A stretch of 64,000 nucleotides of DNA, taken from the NCBI GenBank assembly GCA_003427395.1, contig BFEA01000025.1, positions 2,305,151-2,369,150 on the forward strand, given 5' to 3'. The notes under the pieces were generated by a model. The model ran no database searches and had not been told where the DNA came from. It saw only the letters and a program-made list of their open reading frames with translations. A program made the translations under genes and the position numbers. Origin of the DNA: Chara braunii (lineage: Eukaryota; Plantae; Charophyceae). Shown here in pieces: positions 1-9,628 of this stretch (positions within the stretch are counted from its first letter, which is position 1; the number at the start of each line of letters is the position of its first letter).

Positions 1-224
1 GAGGAAGGAAAGAGTAAGGGTGGGAAATTGCACTCACCTTGCACTTCAGAGGACCCAGTATCACCTGGCCGTCTTTCAAAATCCTTGCGCACCTTTGATA
101 TTCCAATTTTATGTTTCTCTTGCGCAGTTGCATTAATCGGACTCAAGTACTGTCAAAAAAAGAAACAAACATAGCACGCCTTCGTTAGACAGTCCATGTC
201 AATTCTCTCATATCCAGCAACTGA

Positions 225-286
225 CACACAAGCTTGTAGCCAACCAAACAATTCAAGCAACAGCACAGGAAAACAGCAGCAGCAAC

Positions 287-369
<83 letters not shown>

Positions 370-424
370 GCTTGCAGCCAATCAAACAATTCAAGCAACA
401 GCACAGGAAAACAGCAGCAGCAAC

Positions 425-488
<64 letters not shown>
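225..488 (+). repeat. Duplicated unit, each copy followed by (CT)n(CA)n microsatellites
   Basis: CACACAAGCTTG...CAGCAGCAGCAACCTCTC occurs twice. Confidence 0.95.
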
Positions 489-491
<3 letters not shown>

Positions 492-1149
492 GATCACTGT
501 GAGGTACTCACTGTCATTGCCCAGGTCAGCCTTAATGCAAAACCAAGTCAGTACCGTAGTTCCGGGCTGTTTGAAAACATCTGCAAGATGACTGATTGGC
601 AGTTGCAAGCAAAGGGGAGAGAGAGAGAGAGAGGCCAAAATAGAGGGGGAGTATGAAGTGAGTCCAGCACAGCGTGGTCTACCCTTTTACCCAGTTAACA
701 GCCCGGGAAAAACGGGACTTAATGAGATGAAGTGGATGCAGACGTTAATTTCAGACACCTCAGTGTCTTCAGTGGTCTTCATTACACAGCTGGCTAGCTG
801 GCTTGCAGATGACCCACCCCTTTGTGGCCAGAAAAGAGTCACAGACCCTTTAAAGGCCGGAAAACAACCCCGCCAGACCCTTCTCATTCTGGATATTTGT
901 TACACCTGGACTTCAAGGGCTTAACTAGAGTCACATTGAAAGCCACACATCACTCCCACCGATCAATTTTGAGCTGGTGGGACCAAGGCTTTGCCACTGT
1001 GCCCAACCAACCACTGTGCATCTGCTGCAGACTCTACCAACCCAATTCTGGTGCGGCGCCCATTCTGAGTCATTCTAAGAACGTCTGCACATCCGACTGG
1101 TCATTCTGATTTGACGGACAACTGGCAATCGATTGCAAGTCTCCCGATT

Positions 1150-1590
1150 CGCAGTCTCAATTGCAGGTCACAATTCCAGGTCCGTGTCATTCATTGTTCC
1201 CAATCCCAATCTCAGTCTCGGTCTTGATGCTGGTCTCGACTCCTGGCCTCAATTTTGGGTCTTGATTCTGTGTCTAGATTCCAGGCTCAATTCCCAGGCT
1301 CAATTCCCGGGCACAATTCCGGGTCTCGAGATCGGTCTCGGTCCGCAGGGAAGGCCAGATTCCGGGTCTCAATTCCTGGTCTCAATTCGGGGTCTCAATT
1401 CCTGGTCTCAATTCGGGGTCTCAAGTCCGGGTCTCGATTCCAGTTGTTGGTTCCATGTCTCAATTCTGGTCTCCATTTCGTCCCGATCTTCATTCCCGAT
1501 TCCGATCCCAGTCCCAATCCCAGTGTTAGTTCCAGTCCCAGTCTCAATACCCGGACTTGACTCCGGCTTCCGATTCCAGGTCTTGATCTG
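1150..1590 (+). repeat. Degenerate minisatellite (TCTCAATTCCNGGG-type, ~13-26 bp unit)
   Basis: Repeated GGTCTCAATTCCTGGTCTCAATTCGG. Confidence 0.85.
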
Positions 1591-2091
1591 CGGATGAAAG
1601 AGAGGGAAAACAAAAACCTCCTTCACATATTGAGACTTGCAATCCTACAAAAGTGCTGTGGAGCGTCAAAACTTAGCTATCCTTCCTTGCATGATAACGT
1701 GGAATCAAAGCTGACATGCAACCACAGAACCACTACATCGTCATGACCCCTCACCTGCTCCACCAAGGCGTCCTTGGGTGCTGCCGTGGCACCGAATCCC
1801 GCAAGCCTGTCATCTCCAATGGCCGCACTGAATCCGAACCGGGCAGCTGTTCATGATGTTCGCACAGCACAGGCAGACGGGCAAAACACGCAATCAATCA
1901 ACAAACAATCAATTTTGTAAGGCTAACCCAAATTTAAAAAAATAAAAAAATAAATAAATAATAATAAATAAAAAAAAACAGATATTGTGTACACTGGCGA
2001 CCAAGTACTGCAAAAGGACAAAAAAAACAGTGGGAAAAAGACAGAACAGGACAACTCAGTTGGGAGCTAAGGAACTCCCCGCTTCCCATGC

Positions 2092-2355
2092 GCACCTGGT
2101 CATACAGCATGACCTAATTTTGAGCCAGCTGTGACCTTTCCGTGTCATTTTCCCGTTTGGGAAACATTCCATGTGGTCCGCTTGCTTTGGCGGGACGAGG
2201 AGCCAGGCGGGACGAGGGCTCCAATCTTGGCGACCAAGATTGGAGCCCTCGTCCCGCCAAAGCAAGCGGACCGCATGGAATGTTTCCCAAACGGGAAAAT
2301 GACACAGAAAGGTCACAGCTGGCTCAAAATTAGGCCATGGTGTATGACCAGGTGC
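2092..2355. repeat. Near-perfect long palindrome (~122-bp stem, 3-nt loop CGA at 2231-2233)
   Basis: Arms are reverse complements with few mismatches; the left arm has an ~18-nt duplication (GGCGGGACGAGG twice). Confidence 0.95.
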
Positions 2356-2795
2356 ATGGCCAGTGGCTGTCTGTTTAGGGCAAGTACATTTTGAAGCGGC
2401 CTATGGCGAGCACATGACTCCGTTTAGCGAGGTCAGTACATTTCGAGCGGCCTATTCTGCTACATGAAGGGTGGGTTGACGCAGGCTTTGAACTCGTGAC
2501 TTCGCGGATATTTGTAGTTAGTTAGGACGTGCCTTGTGAAGTGATTCGAGCTCGCGATTTCTTGGTGAGGATTGATGGACGCGATTTGAATATGTAGTTC
2601 GCTGGTTTTCCTTTTTTCGAGGGGCTGTGTACTTGACGGGTTTTTGGACTTCCCTACGGGGATAGGTACCTGACTATTTTTTGGACCAGATCAGTAGAGG
2701 TGATATCAACCAGCGTTCTAGTATCTTCTAGGCGTAGTTTTTCTGACTTTCTATATCGGCAGTTCGTGTGAAACTTCCAACACCGACTTTCAAAA

Positions 2796-2842
2796 GACCC
2801 CTGATGAGTCGTGGTGGGCGGCCACGCGAAACCGGTCGGGTC
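2796..2842 (+). ncRNA. Minimal type I hammerhead ribozyme
   Basis: GACCC-CUGAUGA-G(U)CGUGG-UGGGCGG-CCACG-C-GAAA-CCGG-UC-GGGUC. Helix I GACCC/GGGUC, both core boxes intact, helix II with a U bulge, helix III reduced to the palindrome ACCGGU. Predicted cleavage after C2837 (GUC). Confidence 0.88.
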
Positions 2843-3106
2843 CTACGCCAAGCGGCTTCGGTCGCAAGTGTGATCCAAGCTTTTTCTTAATATCAAGTCG
2901 CGTTCGGGTTTCGTTGTACGACTGCTTTTTGCGTCTCCTACCTCCTTTCCTCATTGTCTTTCCTCTCCCTTCCTTCTCCTGCTGATTGATTGAGTTCGTC
3001 AGGATTGGTCCGTTCATTCTTCGTTTCGTGAATGCTGTAATCTGACTTTCACGCACGAGGTAACCGACGTAGAAGTAGTACTATCGTTGAGTGGCCTCGA
3101 GTTACT

Positions 3107-3393
3107 ATGGCGACGAACGGCAACAATTGTCGACAATCGGTCTTGCTATAACTGTGGTCAGAATGGTCACATTTCTCGCTATTGCCCCCTCCCTGATAGG
3201 CATACTAATCTCCCTCCCTCCTCCAGTACTGCGATAGTCCCGGCTCAACCTTTGCTGTCCTATCCTGCTGGTAGCTCTACCGGTGCGAACTCAAGCGGTA
3301 ATTTCACCGGGCAACAGTCTGGGCAGTACTCTGATCGTGGATGGCTGCGCAACCGGGTCGCTCGAAGGGATTGTTACAAAGATCAAAGAACAA
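3107..3393 (+). pseudogene. Frameshifted, truncated retroelement ORF with CCHC zinc knuckle (gag/nucleocapsid-like)
   Basis: ATG 3107 MATNGNN, frameshift, VDNRS-CYNCGQNGHISRYC (3144-3185, CX2CX4HX4C), low-complexity linker, then LEGIVTKIKEQ in another frame; cut off by a MITE at 3394. Confidence 0.75.
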
Positions 3394-3684
3394 CAGCCGG
3401 GCCGCCCGGGTCACCCTATTTTCCCGGGCGGCCCGGCCGTGCAGGGACCAGGGAAGGTCCCAGCCAAAAAAGCAAAAATAACAAAACAATCCAAAAATCC
3501 GAAAAAAAAACTATGTTATGCAGAAAAATCAACTGAACAACTTGTGCCTCAGGGTCACATCGCAATTCTTTACGAATTTTTTTAAAATAACAATGTAAAT
3601 TAAAAAATAGTTTTTATTTTTTTCATTTTTAGTATCTTTTTGGTCCGGCCGGGCAAGTGGACCCGGGCCACTCTGGTAGCCTAG
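3394..3684. mobile_element. CTAG-MITE copy, one end clipped
   Basis: Shares GC-rich subtermini and internal core with the other copies; ends CTGGTAGC-CTAG. Confidence 0.8.
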
Positions 3685-3904
3685 ATAATAACATCATAAT
3701 AATAACAATATTATTAATTAATAATAAATAAAGTCATGAGTCAGTCTGAACTTGTCGACAAAGTGGGCCCGAATGTGATAACATTGCCTGTGGATAACGA
3801 CAAGACAGTTTGCAACGAACACCAATCATTAGGTCGCCCTCATGATTGCATTAATTAACTTCAGATGACAGCTCACTGCCGCAGCCACGACGAAGGCCTC
3901 CGTT

Positions 3905-4260
3905 GTGGATTGTCATCCATCCACGTCATCATCTTCGTCGTGGAAGGCCTTCGTTATGGACGTCCTGCCTCATGGAAAATGACGTGGCTTGCTGATATGG
4001 TTAATCATCCAGCCACGTCATACATCCATTCATGATCTGGCTTGTCATCCATCCACGTCATCATCTTCGTCGTGGATGATGACGTGGATGACACGCCAAA
4101 TCATGGTTTGGCTTGTCATCCACGTCACCATCCACGTTATCTTTTTTTTTGGACCAAGTCACATCATTATCCACGTCATCATCCACGTCATCATAGACAT
4201 CAACATAGACATCAACATCTACGCCATCAGATACATCATCATCAACATCCATATCATCTC
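3905..4260 (+). repeat. CATCCACGTCAT-type low-complexity repeat
   Basis: Multiple ATCCACGTCATCAT copies. Confidence 0.8.
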
Positions 4261-4457
4261 CATTGCCGACGCATGCAGGCGCTACGATTGATTACCCTAC
4301 CGCCACGAAGGATGATGACAGGGCCCAATACATACATCATCCACGATTAACTTCCCTCCCTACCGCAAACGCATACATGCACCATCCATAGCTACTGTAG
4401 AAAACAGTGCACGGTGACAAATTGGTGAATCGGTAAATTGATAAATTGATAAACTGG

Positions 4458-4754
4458 CTAGGCTACCAAGTGGCCCGGGTCCACTTGCCCGGCCGGGCCA
4501 AAAATATATAAAAAAATAAAAATAAAAATAAAAAATATTTCTCCATTTAAATGTTTATTTTAAATTTGGTAAAGAATTTCGATTTGACCCTAAGGCAAAA
4601 GTTGTTCAGTTTTTTTTTCTGCATAACATTATTTTTTTTTCCGATTTTTTGGATTTTTTTTTTTTTTTTTTTTGGCCGGGACCTTCCCTGGTCCTTGCCC
4701 GGCCGGGCCGCCCGGGAAAATAGGGCGACCCGGGCGGCCCGGCTGGTAGCCTAG
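4458..4754. mobile_element. CTAG-MITE complete copy, inserted in an AAATTGGT repeat tract
   Basis: CTAG-GCTACCA ... TGGTAGC-CTAG terminal inverted repeats. Confidence 0.88.
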
Positions 4755-6164
4755 TAAACTGGTAAATTGGTAAAATTGGCAAATTGGTAAAATTGGTAAA
4801 ATTGGTAAAATTGGTAAATTTTGTAAATTGCACGCGGTGATGATGATCGACGAGCCTTTTTCAGGTTCGTTCTGTTTTTTTAGCTTTGAGAGATTAATGT
4901 TTGGTGGATCTTGTTTGCTTTGTGCGGCTTTGAGGCTGGAAATTACCCGGGGTTTCCCGCCACTGTCTAATTTCCCGCCACTTTCTAGAAATGGGTGGAA
5001 ATTGTTTTTTTTAAGGGTTTTGGACAGTCCGGACAGCGACCCTGAGTGGGTATTTTTGATCATTTCTGTTCCTGTGACTTCAATTCCCAATTCCCAACAC
5101 CTGCACCAATACTGGGTAATGATACCAGCACTCTTCTTCCGGGTTGTATGCGAGGGATTGCCGGCCGGCCCCAATTTGTTATTGGCATAATGGAAGAGCC
5201 CACTGGACCAGTTTAACAAAACAAAAAAAAAAAAGAAAAAGACAGACGAGCGCGCATTGGCAGGCCGTGAAGCTGCAAACAGTTCTTTCCTTTTTCTCTT
5301 CCTCTTCTTTTTTTTGGCAGATCGGGCTACGTCACTCGGGGCATCCGTTAGAATTGAAACGATTCAGAGAAGGGTCATACTAATTAGCGTGGTGTGGACG
5401 GTCTAATCAATCAGTGTGAGGAAAAGGACTGAGTTCTGCTCAGTTCATCGCCTCGTTCGTCACGTGGCCTTCGCTTCGCGTTGGCTGATTTTGTACGTGT
5501 TGTCACTGCGCAGAACCCAGTCCTTTTTCCACAGAAGGGTAATACTAATTAGTGTGGTGTGGAAGGTCTAATCAATCACTCAGTGTGAGGAAAAGTGATC
5601 ATTCTCTGAATTTGGAACGATATTTAAAATATGTACATTCATTACTGATCATAAATCCCGCAGTTCATTCCTAATCTTCCGCCACTTTTTTCTAGTGTGA
5701 ATGTCGCTTCTAGTGTTGGCCGCACAGATAGCTCTAATTACTAGTAATGACGTTTTGTTTTGTCCTTTTCGGAACTGTCTTCTAATTTCCCGCCACTTTC
5801 TAGTGTAAATGCCCATTTCTAATTTCACGCCACTTTCTAGTGTGAATGCCCACATTTCTAACGTCTTATTCCCGCTGTTTCACCAAAAACTTGTTGGTCG
5901 GCCAGACAGCTGTCAGTTTCTTATTTCCCGCCAATATTCTAGTGTGAATGTCGTTTCTAGTGTTGGCAGCACAGATAGCAGTACGTAATTACGTTTTTTG
6001 TCCTTATCGGAGCTGTCTAATTTCCCGCCACTCTCTGGTGATGGTAGGGCCGCCAACTGTACAATTAATTAAGCTCTCTTTTTTTCTGGCACGTGTTCCA
6101 GTGTCCTTTCTAGAGATGGAAGGCTTAACTAAATTAATCTGTTTTTTATTTCCCGGCACCTAGC

Positions 6165-6201
6165 AAGATTAGCATGGCCGCTGCCCAAGGATGACACGCA
6201 T
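6165..6201 (+). pseudogene. U6: U6 snRNA internal fragment (AGC triad and ISL region)
   Basis: AAGATTAGCATGGCCgCTGCcCAAGGATGACACGCAT differs from the conserved U6 segment at about 2 of 37 positions; AAATCGA reappears after an A-rich expansion near 6233; no ACAGAG box or 5' stem. Confidence 0.8.
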
Positions 6202-6759
6202 TAAAAAAAATAAACAAATTAAATAAAAATAAAAATCGAAACGAGTTTTATTCTTTACAGGAGTTTTCTCTCTTAATCGATTGTTTATAAGTATTTTCCT
6301 CATGTCAACTTCTCTACGCCACTTTTTTTTTTCAATTCGTGGATTTAAAAAAAAAAAAAAAATTCCGGTTACTTAAGCCGCCGTTTCTCTTGCGCTCGCG
6401 CGGCAGTAGGTGAATGCGATGGACTTGGTCATTCTGGGAGTGGTATTCCTTACGACATCCCCTCCCTATGATTTATTTGGCTGAATTTGGCCGCTATTGC
6501 GCTCAGATACATCCAAGAAATGCCTTGTCTGAGCTTGCCATCGGTTTTTCTTTCTTCTACGTCCTCAACGGTCACAGGATGTCGCGTGTTTGAGGGCGTG
6601 AATTGCGGTCAGATACATCCAGGCAATTCCTACAGTAGTCTAAATTGCGGGGGATTCTCTTGTAGAGACGAACGGCGGCGTACACTTTTTTTCTTTTTTT
6701 TTTTCGGCGTATACTATTGGACGTCCTCTTTTTCCTTTTTTCTTTTTTATCTTCCTTTT

Positions 6760-6963
6760 CTAGGCTACCAGAGTGGCCCGGAGTCACTTGCCCGGCCGGG
6801 CCAAAAAAAAGAAAGTAATAAAAATAATCAAAAATATTTTTAATTTTTTTTAATTTTTAATTTGGCAAAGAATTTCGATGTGACCCTCAGGCCAAAGTTG
6901 TTCAGTTTATTTTTCTGCATAACATAGCCTCCCGGGACCCGGGCGGCCCGGCTGGTAGCCTAG
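6760..6963. mobile_element. CTAG-MITE, internally deleted copy
   Basis: CTAG-GCTACCAG ... CTGGTAGC-CTAG. Confidence 0.85.
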
Positions 6964-8219
6964 TTCCTTTTCGTTTATTTCTGTTATCCTTCTTTTCAAT
7001 TAAAAAAAAGGTAGCCATCCTCCACAGTGCCCAGGATACTATTGGACGTCTCTTTTTCCTTTCTTCTTTTTTTTTCCCTTTTCGTTTTTCTTTTTTGCCT
7101 TTTTTTTTTCTTCAGAAAAGTGGCCATCCTCTCCCCAGCACCCCAAATACTTTTCGACGTTCTCCTTTTCTTTTTTCTTTTCCACTGTCCCCAGCACATT
7201 AGATACTTTTGGACGTCCTCTTCATTGTTTTTCCTTTATTTTGGAGTGTGCACTTATTGGGGGGGGGGGGGGTCTCGCCCAAGGCTCGAGTCGCAGAAAA
7301 AAAAAGAGGAGGAAATAAAAGTGAAAAAAAAGGCGCCAAGGTCTCAACTGGCTTGTTCAGAAAAGCTAACAATCACGATTTAGCTTCTAAAGACGGCTCC
7401 GTTCCCTTAAGAGGGGGGGGGGGGGAAAGAGGAGGGGAAGGGAAGCCTCAGTTTTGCGAAACCAGAGATTGCCGCCAAGCAGCACAGTTATTGATACGGG
7501 GTGGGGGGGGAGGAGGGGTAGGGGGGGAAAGGGGGGAGGAGGGGTAGGGGGGGGAAGGGGGGAGAGGGCAAGGGAGGGAGGGGGGAGGGGCAACTCCCAA
7601 AAACGACAACCATCAAAGCGGGTTCCTGTTTTCCCGCGTTTTCCCGTTGCCCGTTCAGAACAAGAAGTCCTTGGCTTTAATGTCCTTTTTTGTTTTTTGC
7701 AAACCCTTTCTCCCGCCTTTTTGTTGCCCTCCCCTCAGAAGAACAATGACCTATGGGAGAAGCTTCCCAAACAAAAAGACAAATGGCGGGAGTGACCAGA
7801 AAATGTCCTTTCACGTGTTTCCGGTCACTCCCGCCATTTTTCTGAGAGGCTCGTCAGCTCCGATTAATTAAGCTCGTTAATTAAGGTGGCGGGAAAAGAA
7901 AAAAAAAAGAGGTTAAATTAAGCCTCTCATCCCTAGAAAGGCTATTTACACTAGAATGGCCGGAAACTACAAAATGAACGGAGACACGTGCCAGAGAAAA
8001 GACAGCTTACTATAATTAATTAGTGACAGCTGGCGGCTCTCCTAGCACTAGAAAGGACATTCACACTAGAACGGCGGGAAATTACACAGTGCCGAAAAGA
8101 ACAAGCGTAATTACTACTTAAGAGCTATCTGTCCTGCCAGCTCTAGAAACGACATTTCCAATAGGAAAATGGCGGGAAATTAGAAACCGCTGACAGCTGA
8201 CTGGCCTACCAACAAATTT

Positions 8220-8308
8220 TGGAAATGAATGTACATCTTCTAGACATCGTTCCAAGTTCAACGTTGGAAATGAATGTACATCTTCTAGATATCGTTCCAA
8301 GTTCAACG
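8220..8308. repeat. 45-bp tandem duplication
   Basis: TGGAAATGAATGTACATCTTCTAGAYATCGTTCCAAGTTCAACG twice. Confidence 0.95.
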
Positions 8309-9539
8309 AATGAGCTTGCCAGTGACATCATTCATGTACAAAATCACAAACACGAAGCGACGGCTCCCTTGGCGAACGACGCGACGTACTGTGCGACCCA
8401 ATCCTATTCCTCACTCATTAAATTAATATGATCTCCACACCACTCCTCCAGGGATGGGGGGAAGGGGGGGGGGGAGGGAGGTGGAAATTCAGGCCTGCAG
8501 AAGGTATATGTCAGGGGATGAACCATTAACGCAAGGGAGGGAGGGAGGGAGGGAGGGAGGGTGGGAGGGAGCTCCTTCTATCCGACGATGGAGGTGAGGA
8601 GGTACAGACAACAAAAAGTGGATAGAATACGTACCATTGGGCAGTTTTCCTTGGCGGGAAAATACGCTCGCGCTTCCAGAAGCACCATCGCCGCTTGCAG
8701 TGGCGAAGCCTCTCGACCTCGCCGAAACAGCGATGGCGGCGGCAGCGGACAGAGAAGAGGAAGAAGACACAGCGAGTGACGCAGTCGCCGCCGCCATCTT
8801 CGAAGCTCCTCGAACGACAGCTATGGCGTTAGTGGATATTTGTTGCGCGTTTTTCGCTAACGACAACATGTGAAAGATGCACCGCACGCCACGTTAAACT
8901 TCCTCCAGTCACGCCTAAGGGCGGTTCCCGCTCGCTCTCAGGCTGGCACTCAGCCCAGCTGGCTTACCCGCCTAACCCCTTAGTTCTCCGCCTCTCGCTT
9001 TCTCTCGACTGGATAGAGGGAGAGGACGAGAGAGAGAGGGAGAGAGCGAAGGGAGGTACGCAGAGACAACGAAGACGTGCTATCGCTGGGGTTCTCAACT
9101 ACGTAGGTACGCAAAGGGCCTCTTCGAGCAAAAGTACACAGGACGTACGTACAAATGGAAGGGCCGGTCTGAAACGGAGGAAGGGATGCCAGAGCGGTCC
9201 GATTAGCGACACGTGTCTCGATCCCATGGATTGCATCATCGCCACGAGGGCGGGCATCAAGATTATCTGATCGTGCTTGCGTTCTTCCCAGGCCATCCTG
9301 GAACCCAGGTGGCTGCAGCCTCAGAATATGGCCAAGAGACCAGATGGATTGCTCCCCCAACTCGTACGGAAAAGATTAGTGCATTGTCCAGACTCTGGAC
9401 AAGCATTGGAGAATGCCCTCACAGTTCCGGAAAATCACAACTTTGTCCTCCAAGAAGCACCGGTGCTTCCACTTTTGGCACTGGCAGGTCATGATGCCAT
9501 GCACAGGCCAGCGAAATGACACCACGTATTAGTGACAGG

Positions 9540-9628
9540 TTTGTGTTAGCAATAGGCACCACTCACCCATGTCGGGACGACACCGATTTGTGTTAGCAAT
9601 AGGCACCACTCGCCCATGTCGAGACGAC
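9540..9628. repeat. 47-bp tandem duplication
   Basis: TTTGTGTTAGCAATAGGCACCACTCRCCCATGTCGRGACGAC twice. Confidence 0.9.

Larger units (their letters stand above)
5885..8220. mobile_element. Foldback/MULE-like structure with ~300-bp diverged inverted arms (5885-6160 and 7884-8220) rich in TTTCCCGCC
   Basis: TTGTTGGTCGGCCAGACAGCTGTCAG versus CTGACAGCTGACTGGCCTACCAACAA, with further colinear reverse-complement blocks; related repeats extend to about 4950 and 8660. Confidence 0.6.

Noticed and set aside
153-656. ORFs with CV/HT/ER dipeptide runs
   Set aside because: Microsatellite translation.
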